From contig NC_089429.1 of NCBI RefSeq assembly GCF_026210795.1, positions 496,001-560,000 of the forward strand: 64,000 nt of DNA. The letters run 5' to 3'. The translations under genes and the position numbers were made by a program. Shown piece after piece: positions 1 to 13,151 of the stretch; within the stretch, counting starts at the first letter, position 1, and the number at the start of each line of letters is the position of its first letter. This DNA is from Rhizophagus irregularis (Eukaryota). The notes beneath the pieces are model-generated. The model saw nothing but the letters and a program-made list of their open reading frames with translations. It was not told where the DNA came from and did no database searches.

Positions 1-1730
1 CTTTAACTTTAAAAGTAGTAATAGGTTGCAACCCTTACTATTACAACACAAGGTAGTAATTATCAATTACATACTACATCTTTAATTGGACTGACTAATA
101 TTTATAGTTACACTATCTATTTATATTATTTTTTCATTTTTTTCTTTCTCCTTGTTTTTTTTTTCTTTCTGTTTTATTTTATTTTTCTTCTTTTTCTATT
201 CCATTTTCTTTTTTTGTTTATTATTTTTATCTGCTTTTTTTTTTTAGTATATTTTTTTAGGTCTTTAAGCTTTTTCAGGTTTTACAATTTCTAATAAAAT
301 ATTATATTTTAACACATTAAAAAGATACATTCTTTTTTTTTGTTAGTTATATTTTTTAATTTTGTTCTTTATTAAGGGAATTTCTAATTTCTAATATTTA
401 TTATATAATATAATTCTTTCTGCCATTTTTTTTTTTCTTTTATAATAAAATAAAATAATAATAAATAAATATTAGTATTATTGCAAATATAATAATAATT
501 TTGTAAATTTACATAAAATTAATATTCACATTTTTCCTTTTAATATTTATACCAGTTCTTTATTTATTTATAGAAATTTTTTGAAATATTATATATATCC
601 CTTTAATAGTAATAAAAATTTTATAAAATCTTCTTCAATTCTATATTAGTATACTAAAATCTATTACTAAATATGTTTTAAATCACATATTTTTTGATAT
701 TAATCTAATAATTCTTATCTAATATTAAAGAATTATCTAAATTCTTAACTCTTTAAAATTTGGATAACTTTATCTTATAATAAAAAAATAAATAAATAAA
801 TAAAATAAATAAAATTATATATTTAATTATTTATACAAAAATTATTATAACTAACCTGAAAAGTTTTTTTATATTGTTATTTATTAGCTTTAAGGTTTTT
901 CAAACTTTTTAAAATATGTTTAGTTGATAATGGATTAAATTATTGCATTCTTATTTTACTTTCTTTTTTTTTATAACAAAATTTATTTGCTTTTTTTATT
1001 AATTTTAAAATAGTTATATATAATTTTATAATTTTTGATATGAAATTATTAGTGATTAAAATACAATTTTTACGTCATATCATATAAAATTATATTATTT
1101 TTATGACTTCTTTTTATTCTTATTTTTTTTTATAACTTTCTTTACTAAAATTCTCTCTTTTCTTTTCTTTATATTTTTCTTTATATTTAGCAAAGAATTT
1201 TTCTGATGAAAATATGAAGTTTAAGTTAATATTTCATACAAATTAAATTTTTTTTCTGAAATTTGATTCAATTCAAACTTAATTCAAACTTAATTCAAAC
1301 TTCAAAAAATATTATCTTAAAATTTAATGATTTGATTTTAATAATTTTTTTTTAATTAATAGCTCTTATTTAAAATTGTTTGCCAAAATTAAGCAATTTA
1401 AGTCAAGGTCAAAATTTTTTGTAACTGAAAGTTTAGGCAATCAAACATAAATTTGCCAAAATTTATAATACCAAAATTATTGCCAAAAATCCAAAATTTA
1501 ACCAAAATTAGTATAATTTTAACTATTTTTAGAATATAATTTTGGCTAGAAAAATAATTAATATTAAAATTTCTATTTTAAAATTTGTATAACTATTGTA
1601 TAACTGATTTCTTCAATTTTACTGAAAAATAAAATTTCTTTTTTGGAAAATTGGTATAATATTATGACATAATATCATAATTTCAGCTGAATTTTAATTT
1701 TAGCTAAAATTAAGATTGAGTTTTGGCTTA

Positions 1731-2303
1731 GAGGCGTATCAGAAATCAGCTAATTTCTCTCAATTAGTAACCTTAACCCCACCCCTACCTGATTGAAATC
1801 TGATTAGTTAAAAAAATTATTACTATTACTAAATATTAAATATTATACATAATAATTAGTATTTATAATTATCTTGGCTTCTAGTGATTCAATTTGAACA
1901 AACTTTTTTTTGTTTTGTAAAGCTAGATTTATAGAACTAAATGAGTACTATAAATTAAAAAGTTTATTAAAATTGAATCACTAGAAGTCAAGATAATTGC
2001 ATTATAATAATTATTATAATGTAAATACAAGTATCTTGGCTTCTAGTGATTCAATTTGAACACACTTTTTTTTTGTTTTGTAAAGCTAGATTTGTAGAGC
2101 TAAATGAGAAATATAAATTAAAAAAAAGTTTATTAAATTGGATCACTAGAAGTCAAGATAATTGCATTATAATAATTATATAAAAATAATTAAATTACTT
2201 ACATTTATATTTAGATATATAAATGTCACATGATATATATAGACCTGATCTGAAGCTTGACTCCCCCACCCCCTTTCAAATCAGCTGATTTCTGGCATGC
2301 TCC
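1731..2303. mobile_element. Degenerate MITE with TTA target duplication (PIF/Harbinger- or Zator-like)
   Basis: Left end tta|GAGGCGTATCAGAAATCAGCT and right end AGCTGATTTCTGGCATGCTCC|tta; TIR mismatches are all transitions. Carries two tandem internal hairpin modules (1870-1995, 2032-2160). Confidence 0.6.
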
Positions 2304-4109
2304 TTAATTTCAGAATTAATTTTAATTGGTTAAAACTTTTCAGAATTTTCTTTTTAGTTTTAGCAGGCAACCTTACTCTTATTATTCTGATTAAAATAAA
2401 AAAAATTATTAAAATTGAATTGCTAAATCAAAAGTTATTTGCAAAAAATATTTTTATTCTTTAGAATCAATTGAAGTCACATTATATTATAAATTGATTG
2501 TGCAGAATACTTTTAACTTCTATTCTTATTTTTATAATAAAAGTATGAAATATCATCGTCTTTTTGATATAAGTATAAAGTCTGTATTTAACAGAATATT
2601 ATTTTAATAAAAATATGAAGTCTGATTTTTATTTTTACTTAATAAAATATTATTTTGATGAAAATATAAAGTTTAATTTTTATTTCTGTTTATAAAGTAT
2701 TATTTTAATAAATGTATAAGTATGAAGTATACGTTATTAAGATGCAAACAATATAATACAACTTACATTTAAGTTTACTTAGAATTTATATTAAAATTTT
2801 TTAAAAGTTGTATATTATAGAAGTATTTTCAAAATTTTATTATCCTATATACTCCTATTTTTAACATAATCAGTAATTTAATTTTAATAAAATTTATATC
2901 ATTAGATTTATTTTGAGGATAAGAGGATTCTAATACTAGTAAATTGTATTTTTAGCTTTAATATTGATAGAGATTTGCCATAAAAAATATTTTTACTTTA
3001 GTATTTAAAGTTAAATATTACTAAATTTTATCAGTAGTGATTTTTACTGAATTTATTTTATAAAGTTAATTTCAAAACTATTTCAAAACTTCAAAATTAT
3101 TTTCAAAATTCTGAAATTACTTTTGAAATTCCTGAAAAAAAAAGAGTATTCCTTTAATAAAAATAATAAAAAAAGACTTATTATTTTTACTGTTTAGATA
3201 TTTTATATTAATAATTTAATATGTTTTACTGATATATTACACATAATATTAGACTAATATCATATAAACATTAATAACCTATTGAATACCAATAAGTTTT
3301 CCAAAATTTTAATGAGTAAATATCAGTATATTATCAGATAAAACTATTACTATATCAAATACTAATATATATAATTTTTAATATTACACATTAAATTATA
3401 TTAGATTTATAATATTTGAATAATATGTTATAATAATTTATAACCTAATACCTAATATTTCATTATCTGAATTAACTAATATAATATTATAGTAAAAATA
3501 AACTTTTAAATATAAATATTAAATAGAATTTTTTTTAATAATAAAAAACTATATAAATTTATATATATTAATTAAATAATATAATATATCTGTTATAATA
3601 CAGCAAATTACATTATATTTGTAAAAATAATTATTATTATATTAATTCAAATTTGATATCTGTACAGTAATATTTTAGTATTTTAAATTTTAATTTATGA
3701 TTTATAATATAGCATATTTTTATAACTTATGAAACATAATATTAAATTGCAATATTTTTCTTTATTTTACTAAAATTAGTTTCAAGTCAACAGGTTATTC
3801 AGGTTATATTAATATTACAACCTGTATTAATATCAAATTGCAATGTTAATTTGAATTAGTAAATTTAGGTCAACAACTCAGTTGTTAGGTAATCTGAATT
3901 TGATTAACCTGTTCAAAACTTTATATTTAACCTTTCAATCAATTATTAGATCATATATATTAATTTATTATGCATTTGATTTATTATATGAATTTATTTT
4001 ATTAGTTAAAATAATAACATATCAGATATTATTAGCTAATATTAGTTTTATAAGGAACTTTACTCTTCCATCTTTAGATAAGATTTTTTTTAAACCAATA
4101 ATATATATA

Positions 4110-4404
4110 GGACCCCGGATATCTCCAAAACAGGTCATAAGTCACACTTTCGGCAGATTGGCCCATTTTTCGGGAGGCTCAAAAATCGTTTTTTGTAAAT
4201 ATCTCGGCATCCAGTGGTCCAATTTTGATGAACTTTTTTTTAAATTGTAGAGCTAAATGAGGGCTACAAAATAAAAAAAAGTTCATTAAAATTGAATTAC
4301 TGGATGCTGAGATATTTACAAAAAACGATTTTTTGAGTTTCAGCAAAAAGGGGTGTTTTTGGCCAAAAGTCCATTATGACCTTTATATTAGATATCCGGG
4401 GTCC
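4110..4404. mobile_element. MITE flanked by TA, with an internal palindrome
   Basis: Perfect 15-bp TIR GGACCCCGGATATCT / AGATATCCGGGGTCC within (TA)n on both sides; internal inverted repeat 4179-4337. Confidence 0.8.
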
Positions 4405-6001
4405 TATATATATAATATTAATTTTAATTAATAAAAATGTTTAATTTTATATTATATAAAGATTTTGCTTAATTCTTTTACTTTCTAAATATTAGCAGGT
4501 ATTTTTAATTATATATTAAATTTGGTCACTATACAAAAATTATATAAAAGTTTAAGTTGATATGTACATAAAAAAAAATATTTTTTTTAAAAAAAAGTTT
4601 TGAAAGAACAAAACTTTTAAAACTTACTGATTCAGAATGAAGAGTTAAAGCTAATATCTAAAAAAAAAGAGAAAAAAAATAATAGAAAAAATTAATTTTT
4701 TTAAAGTATAAAGTTTTAAAAGAATAACAGATAAAACTTTTAAAATTTATAATTTAAGCCAAAATTTCTTAAATTGGAATAAATCTCCTTCTATTTTTTT
4801 TCATTATACTGATTGGTATTAAAAGTAAAAAAAAAATCATATATTTGCATGTAAAATATTACAAAAAGCAAAAAATTAAAAAAAAAATACAGATTACTGA
4901 AGAAAGTTTGATAATAAAATATTTGATAATTTTAAAAATGATGATATTTGAGATAATTATGATTTGGAAAAAGTTGTAGATAAAATTATACTATCTGTAT
5001 TTAATATTATATATCAAAATTCTTGTAAAGCATAATTATAAATATATGTTAACCAATAAATTAAAGCCACTAAATAAAATATTGGTTGGCAGCACTACAG
5101 TAACACCAACAAATTTTCTAACCTCACGTGACCAAAAAATATTCATACCGGCCCCTTAAATGGTCACGTGGAGGTAAAATTTTTAAATTATAGTGTTACA
5201 ACGGTTAATAATCTGCATCGCAAATACCATATGATGTCTATAAAATATTTACTAAAGTCTAAAAATATACCATTATCAATTTATCATGGCAAGATTAGAA
5301 CCAATCATATATTGTCCATATAATATTAGGACATGGGTTGTTCACAAATTTGATTTGAGACCAAATCGAGGTCAAAATTTCAAAAGCACATTTATAACGA
5401 ATATTTTTTTTAGGTATCCCACGAGTACATCGTATAAAAGTCCATGTGATTACCCATCTGACATCTGCGGATTGACCAGAATCACCAGATCGTAACTCTT
5501 AACTATAAAAGACTCATTTTTAAAATTAATTTTTTTTTCACATTGATTATTCCTTTCTATTATATGATAGGTTAAGTGAAACATGATATATGACATGATT
5601 TCAAAGGAAGATTTACACAATTCAAGAAATTAATTTCTTTTTACAACGAGTTTGATTGTAAGAAATTTTAATCGATATCCCAAATCAGACCCGATAACCA
5701 TGTCCTGGAAGTATGGCCAGGACATAGTCACGTTTGGGCAACAGCCTACAGTATTTCTATTTCCTTGTTTTCCTAACGGAGAAATAAATAATCATGTGAC
5801 TTGACATCAATAATTAACCGTCAAGTAAATTTGGTTGACATGAAGGAATTGTACAACGAAGAAGTTTCGAATTTCACATGTAAATTCTTGTTTATCATTG
5901 TAACTAAATGTGGTTGATTATGTACTCAAACCGGTTATATAACATAATAAAGATAAAAAAGGGTTAATTTTTATCGACGGTTTCAATTTTTTTTTCTTAA
6001 G

Positions 6002-6033
<32 letters not shown>

Positions 6034-6058
6034 CCCTTCCCCTAAACTTGCTAAAACG

Positions 6059-8278
6059 ATGACATATATGAAATCATCTCTAGGAGATTTACCAGAAATA
6101 ATCAATGAAATTTTACAATATCTTCATGATGATTATTCAACATTATATTCTTGTATATTAGTAAATAGAATATGGTGTCGTTTATCTATTCCATTATTAT
6201 GGAGAGATCCATTTTCTATTTCTAAATATAAAAAACATTTGAATTATCATTTTATAGATTTTTATTTATATTATCTTAGTGAAGCTGATAAGAATATATT
6301 TAAAGAAGTATTTGAAATCAATAGAATTGATTTCATATCATCACCTTTATTTAATTATCCACATTTTATTAAATCATTGAGTACATATAAACTTGATTTA
6401 ATTGTATCTGATTGGATAGATTTATTTACTGAACAAACACCAAAATTGAATCGAAAGAAAGGAAATTCATTATATTGTAATTTACCACCACTTCAAAATA
6501 CTAGAAGGACAACACCACGACCACGTTTATGTGAAAGATCAGTAATATTACCATCTTGGATATCAAACGAATTTCCACCACTTCCATCAAGTATTAAAAA
6601 TAGTAGTGGAAATATTCGACAAGATTTTCAAAATAGAATACTTCCAATTCCAAGACGTGGGACATATCCTGTATTAACATATTCATTACCAACAAATTTT
6701 AAATATTTGAAAAGAGAGATAGTAACACCATCAGAAAAAATAAGGTTAAATGAACCACCACCATTAAATTTTTTACCAATACCAACATTACAACCACGAT
6801 CACGATCACGACGAATTTCACGACATCAACCTAATATTCATCGTCAATTAACAAGATTAGTAAAGGCTCAAGATGCGAAACTTGAAAAATCGAACAGATT
6901 AAAACGATTTGTTTGTTGTGCTCTGATTAAATTATTTATTTCAAATTCTGCAACATTAAATACTTTTGAAATAATTCTTCATCGTAAAAATGATAAGCAT
7001 GGGTTCGATTTCATGTATGATGTATATGAAATGATTAAAAATAATTCAAAATTTATTTCAGAAGTTGAAAATTTTACCTTTCATTATAGTTTACCACCTT
7101 ATCAAAGACAAAGTTTTACAATTACTGAATCGAAGAGAATGTCTATATTACCCTTAATTACTTTTTTACCATCATTATGTAACTTGATTAAAAATTTAAA
7201 AATTCAAGTAATACCAAATTTTAGTTTTGAAGCTTCAAAAAATTTATCAAAATTCATTGGTTCACAAAAACAACTTTCAAAACTTACCTTTACTTTCAAC
7301 AAAGAAGTTTTTCAAGATTCTTTATCAAACTTGAAAAGCGTTGCTCATACTTTAACATGTCTTATATTTGATTCATGTCATTTTACTAATATACAATCTT
7401 TTCAAGGTCTTGAATATCTTGAAAATTTGGAATCTTTACAATTCTTTCATTGTTATCCTGTATTGAAATTGGAAATTGTTCAACATTTATCAGAAATCAA
7501 GAATCTTAGAATTAAAACTTTAGCAATTGTTAATAATAATAATTATATTACACGTGGTAATTTATATATTGATATATTACAATATCAATTATTATTACAT
7601 AAAATTGGTAGTCATTTAGAAAATTTGATTTTATCAATAGATTTTGATATTAAAAAAGATATATTTCAAAGTATTTTACATTATTGTGAAAAAATTAAAT
7701 TTATTCATTTTACAAAATTAAATCATGATAATATTCCAGATTTAAATGATTTGATTTTAAATTTTAGTAATACTTTAAAATATCTTACCCTTGATATTGA
7801 TTGTATAAGAATAACTACTCCTTATATGGAAGATGATGATTCTAATGTTATTCAAAATATGAAAAAAACAAGTACCCTTTTATTACAACAACTTGGTCAA
7901 TTATTACCTCCTACTTTAGAATATATTGATTTATTTTTAATAATTGATCCTATTAATCTTGAAATTTTTTTAAATAATATTAAACATATTAAGAATTTAA
8001 AAAAATTATTACTTAGAAATTCAAGAGAATTTTATTTAGATGAAAATTTAAAATTATTAAAAGATTTTATTATTGAAATGTTTAGTATAAAATATTTTTC
8101 TTATAGAATTGGTAAAGGTGCTGATACTCTTGAATGGGATTTAGGTGGTAATAATTCAAAAGAAAAAGAAAAATCAAAAGAATTTGAATCTTTTGTTAAA
8201 GTTCGAAAATATTCTGAAGTAATGGTTAGAATGACTGAACCATTTTATAATGATTTTACTGCAAATTATGCATTGTGA
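6059..8278 (+). CDS. F-box/LRR (RNI-like) protein, 739 aa, with a Pro/Arg-rich insertion
   Basis: Intronless ORF. N-terminal F-box-like motif LPEIINEILQYL...LYSCILVNRIWCRLSIPLLW, then LxxLxL repeats. N-terminus closely matches 49935-51566. Confidence 0.9.
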   Translation: MTYMKSSLGDLPEIINEILQYLHDDYSTLYSCILVNRIWCRLSIPLLWRDPFSISKYKKHLNYHFIDFYLYYLSEADKNIFKEVFEINRIDFISSPLFNYPHFIKSLSTYKLDLIVSDWIDLFTEQTPKLNRKKGNSLYCNLPPLQNTRRTTPRPRLCERSVILPSWISNEFPPLPSSIKNSSGNIRQDFQNRILPIPRRGTYPVLTYSLPTNFKYLKREIVTPSEKIRLNEPPPLNFLPIPTLQPRSRSRRISRHQPNIHRQLTRLVKAQDAKLEKSNRLKRFVCCALIKLFISNSATLNTFEIILHRKNDKHGFDFMYDVYEMIKNNSKFISEVENFTFHYSLPPYQRQSFTITESKRMSILPLITFLPSLCNLIKNLKIQVIPNFSFEASKNLSKFIGSQKQLSKLTFTFNKEVFQDSLSNLKSVAHTLTCLIFDSCHFTNIQSFQGLEYLENLESLQFFHCYPVLKLEIVQHLSEIKNLRIKTLAIVNNNNYITRGNLYIDILQYQLLLHKIGSHLENLILSIDFDIKKDIFQSILHYCEKIKFIHFTKLNHDNIPDLNDLILNFSNTLKYLTLDIDCIRITTPYMEDDDSNVIQNMKKTSTLLLQQLGQLLPPTLEYIDLFLIIDPINLEIFLNNIKHIKNLKKLLLRNSREFYLDENLKLLKDFIIEMFSIKYFSYRIGKGADTLEWDLGGNNSKEKEKSKEFESFVKVRKYSEVMVRMTEPFYNDFTANYAL

Positions 8279-8440
8279 AAAAAAAAAAATTTCATTTATT
8301 TTATTATTTTATTTATATTTTTATTTATACGATATTTATTATATATATATTTATTTTTTTTAAAAAATAAAAAATTATTATTATTTGACTCAAGATTTAT
8401 TTATGAGAAGGATACTTTTTCAAATTAAATTACGACTTTC

Positions 8441-9112
8441 TTGCGGGGTTTCCTGTAATTGTGTCAGGTCGACTGGTCGAATACGTACTTCCATCAGCAT
8501 TTATGATCTTTTGCTAGTTGTCCGGCAGATATGTAAACCGTTGACGTCCTGGCCCTGATTGTGTAAAAGGTCCACTCGCATAACTAAAGTCACTTATCGG
8601 GTACTTGCGGGGTCATCAAGTTTATCTCCCGTAATTGTGTCACGTCGAGTACGTACTTCCATCGGCATTTATGATCTTTGCTAGTTGTCAAGATATGTAA
8701 ACCGTTGACGTCCTGACCCTTGAGGGGTTATCAAGTTTATCTCCTGTAATTGTGTCCGTACTTTCATCGGCATTTATGATCTTTGCTAGTTGTCAAGATA
8801 TGTAAACCGTGACCCTTGAGGGGTTATCAAGTTTATCTCCTGTAACTGTGTCCGTACTTTCATCGGCATTTATGATCGTTGCTAGTTGTCAAGATATGTA
8901 AACCGTTGAAGTCCTGACCCTGATTGTATTTCGAGTGTAAAAGGTTTACTCGCATAACTAAAGTCACTTATCGGGTACTTGCGGGGTCATCAAGTTTATC
9001 TCCCGTAATTGTGTCACGTCGAGTACGTACTTCCATCGGCATTTATGCTTTGCTAGTTATCTGGCAGATATGTAAACCGTTGACGTGCTGTAACTAAAAT
9101 CACTTATCGGGT
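8441..9112. repeat. Complex tandem repeat, 5 copies of a ~95-165 bp unit
   Basis: Recurrent core CATCGGCATTTATGATCTTTGCTAGTTGTCAAGATATGTAAACCGT; units start near 8441, 8605, 8720, 8815 and 8979. Confidence 0.9.
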
Positions 9113-9204
9113 GGTGGACCTGACTGTGCGTGTAATCGTGTGCCAATTTTTTTTTCCTGTATTAAAAATTCCGATCACTATTTTTGCACATGTAGCGTAA
9201 TGAT

Positions 9205-9755
9205 CGTTAATCGTCTATCCAACTTGGAAATTTGTAAGTGGAAAATCCTTAATAGATGTTCACTATTTGTCATGTAATAAATATTTATTCATATCTCTTT
9301 TAAGATCGTCTATCTAATTTGGAAAATTTGGAAGTGGAAGATCCTTAATAGATGTTCACGCAAAGAATATTTGGCATATTATAAATATTTATTTATAGTT
9401 CTTTTAGGATCGTCTATCCAATTTGAAAAATTTGGGACGTCCACGCAAAGAATTTTTGGTATATAAAAAATTGCACATATAGCGTAATAATTAACAGCTT
9501 GGAAAAACTTGAAGTGGAAAATCCTTCCACGCGAAGAATATTTGGCATATTATAAATATTTATTCATAGCTCTTTTATCGTCTATCAAATTTGGAAAATT
9601 TGGGACGTCCACGCAAAGAATTATTGGTATATAAAAAATTGCATATATAGCGTAATAATTAACAACTTTGAAAAACTTGGAAGTGGAAAATCCTTGAATA
9701 GATGTTCATATTTGGCATATTATAATAACTCTTTTAAGATCGTCCTTAATAGACG
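9205..9755. repeat. Second complex tandem repeat (~90-170 bp modules)
   Basis: Recurrent ATCGTCTATC-AATTTGGAAAA, GGAAGTGGAAAATCCTT and CACGCAAAGAAT-TTTGG modules. Confidence 0.8.
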
Positions 9756-10917
9756 TTGTTAATAATTCATTGCACGAAATTTTGGATTTTTAATTAAAGA
9801 ATTTTAGCTTAAAAAAAAAAGATTAATTTATGCATAAAAATTTTTTTAGTTTGAAATAAACTAGTGTATATTCAATATTTTTATTTTACATTCATGATCG
9901 TTTGTCAGACAATTTTTTGACCGACTAAAGAAAATTTCATGCGTTAATTTTGCGATCTATATTACGAAATGGAAGCTTAGAAACAAATGATGCGATTTTA
10001 TTGGATGACGATCGCGTGAATGGATTGAATAGTCACAAGTTTCCATATGTTTGGGGAGAAGCAAAGGTCAAATAATAAATGGCTGATTCTCGTTTCTTTT
10101 CCCTGTACAACATGAGAGTTGCTCATGCAGATTATACATGGGATTAGAAAGATTCGAAAACTCAAAGAATAGAAGAACTATTTGAATTAGGTTCGAGCGT
10201 CTTCGTTTGTAGATAACGTTTCAGAATATTTTGTACGATTATGTACGATTCTCTTTACAAAATAAATTATTATGTGTGATATACTATGAATTTTTTTTTA
10301 ACGTAAAACTGCTATCTCAGAATCACTTAAAAGCTCGTCACGATACTGCTATCTCGGAAATAGAATTCAAGGGCCTTGGAATCATGTGCACTATATGAGA
10401 AAGTAAGCATAATTACAATTTAATGATTTAATGTACGCCACGCTTTGCGCTACCCCAATTTATATTATTGGCTCAGAACACGAGGATAATAAAACATTTG
10501 CGCATAAATCCAACGCACATACATTATGCACGAAAAAAATTTCTATGTAGATTATCTACATTCAAAATGATCTTTTTTTTTTTATTAATAATAGATTTTA
10601 TCTACTATTATATGAATATAATTAATGAAATATAAAAAAAATAAAATAAAAATATAAAAAAATATATTTTACAAAAAACAAAAAAAATAAAAAAAAAATG
10701 ATTTATGAAGTATTTATAAAAAGTTTTGAATTTTTTGTTATAATGTTATACTGCTTGTATTTATAAAAAGTATTTAAAAAAATTTTTTCTTTTTTGATGT
10801 AATCTTTGTCTTATTTATAAAAAGTTTTTTATGTTTTGTCTTTTTTTTTTTTTTAAAAAAAAAAAAAGTTTTATGAAAATTTTTTATTTTTTGTTTTTGT
10901 TTTTTTTTTCTTTTTTT

Positions 10918-13151
10918 TTATAATCTTCGTTTAAATTGAATTTCTACACTTAAATCTTTTGGTTTAAGTAAGAAATTGGAATCTAAATAAAATTTTTCTT
11001 TATGCATGCTGTTTTCTGGAAGAGTCCATTCATATTTAAGAACTAAAGAAATTTTATAAATATAATATGTTAATATTTGATCATAAAAAAAACTTGATGA
11101 TAATAAATTTTATTACTTACGTATCATGGCTATAAGAACTCTTTGTTCCATTAAAGAAAAGTTTTGACCGGCACTATATATTATATAAAGTTTATTTAGA
11201 AATTTATACGATTTTACAATTTTACATTTTTAATAATAATTTGATTACATACCAATTTCTTGGACCTCCACTGAAAGGAATCCAAGAATAAGGGTGTCTC
11301 TTTTCACCATTTAAAAATCTTTCAGGATCCCATTGATTTGGATTTTTCCAAATTTTAGGATCATGATGAACGTGCCAAACATTGACACAATTATAAGATT
11401 TTGGAGGAATAATATATGGACCAACTTGAACGTAATCGTTTGGCTGACGTGGAATTAAAATTGCTAATGGAGGATGTGTACGTAATGATTCTTTGATGAC
11501 TGCGTTAATATATTTTAATTCCTAAAATAAAAAATTATTTTTATTAATATACATATAAACTGTATATATAAATAATAGATGATAAATGATATTTACCTTT
11601 AATTGTTCTGGTGTTGGGATATTTAATTCATTTCCAAGAACTCTTATAACTTCATCTCTAGCTTTCTTTTGCATTTCCTAAAAGGAAGGAAAGAAAGGAG
11701 AATTAATAATTAACCACTAGACATTGAATAGATAAAATATTTTTTTAAATTTAAACCTACAGGATATTTAGCGAGGTGATAGATAGCCACGCTGATATTT
11801 AGAGAGGTGGCTAAAAAAAAAATTTATTTGTAAGTAAAAAAAGTAAAAGAGGAAAAATTTGGGATAATTGATTATAAAAATATATACTTACTATCATGGC
11901 CGGCAATAAAGAAATTTACTAAATTATCTCTTAATTCATGAGAATCAATTTTAATTCCCTCTTTTTCACTCATTTCTAACATACTCATTAATAAATCCTT
12001 ATTTTCGGATTCTTTTACTATTTTATTTTGATAATTTAAATTAAATAAATCTCTCTTTCTTTTTTCGATTATATTTAAAATAAAATTATCAAATTCATTC
12101 ATTTTTTCCTTATATAATCTATTTGATTTTAATGGTAATTTATCCAATATAGGGAATAAAATATGTAATTGATTTTCGGTTTGATCCATGATATATTTAT
12201 ATGATTTGATTATATCGGGAGTCTCAAAAGAATCTAACCCCTAAAAAAAAATAAAAAAAAATAAATAAATATGTACAAATATGTAAATATAAATTAGTAT
12301 CCGTAGTATCCTTTTTTAAATTAGGATAATAACTTACACCAAATTTATAAGCGAAAGCGACTTGACCCAATATTTCAATTGTTGTACGTTGCATCATATC
12401 ATAAATATTTATAGGGATATTCAAATTATAATCCATCAAGTTGAATAATTTGAAAGCATTTTCGCCGATGACATCATGTGACAAGGCTCGATTGAACGCA
12501 GCATTGGCCAATTTTCTTTGCATGCGCCACGTCTAAAAAAAAAATATAAAAAAAAAAAGGTTTTGTTATTTAAAATATTTTAATTATTAAAATTAAAAAA
12601 CTTTATTTGTTATTTATACTTACGCTACTATTCGAAAAAAGGATACCGTTACCGTAAAAACTTTTTACTCTATTTCCTAAATTATGTTGCATTTTAGGAA
12701 GGGCATCCTCTACATTTGTAATGTTTATGTATTTATTTGGTTATTTTTTTGCCATGATAAATAAAAAAAGGAAAAAAAATCAAAAAATAATTACCTGATT
12801 TTGTTAAAAATTGCTTTATATATTCAACATCTTGAAAATAGAAGAAAGTTATGGTACCAGCGTTGGCCTAAAATAAGATATGACATTTAATAATTCCATA
12901 TAAAAATATTCCATTTTTATATTTTAAAAACGTGATAAAATTACCTTAAGAATTCCTTCATGGGGAACTCTTGATATAATTTCTTGTATCTCATCTTGAG
13001 GTTTTTTCCTAATCATAGCCCACATAAATTTTAATGTAGGCATTGATGGAATTCTTTCAAAATCATTTAGTTTACTTGGTCGTGATAAAAGTCTTTTTAG
13101 AATATGATATCCCACTATTATTACACTAACATAAAAGAGAAGTTCAATCAT
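10918..13151 (-). CDS. Cytochrome P450, 10 exons, ~495 aa
   Basis: GT-AG exons 13151-12945, 12867-12795, 12709-12624, 12532-12338, 12240-11892, 11810-11761, 11677-11597, 11521-11253, 11173-11121, 11042-10918 splice in frame. N-terminal TM anchor, WRMQR (WxxxR), I-helix AGHDTT, ESLR (ExxR), PERF, heme motif FSGGPRNCAG. Confidence 0.93.

Larger units (their letters stand above)
1..5050. other. Extremely AT-rich, CpG-poor block of decayed transposon remnants
   Basis: No credible ORF and very few CpG. Contains degenerate TIR elements (1731-2303, 4110-4404). Segment ~2888-2970 resembles ~32010-32090 in the second AT-rich block. Confidence 0.6.

Noticed and set aside
3882..4250. 122-aa ORF
   Set aside because: Non-ATG start, runs from AT-rich DNA into a MITE, no motifs.
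8441..9112. CRISPR-like array
   Set aside because: Inter-core segments are themselves repeated; this is a tandem repeat.
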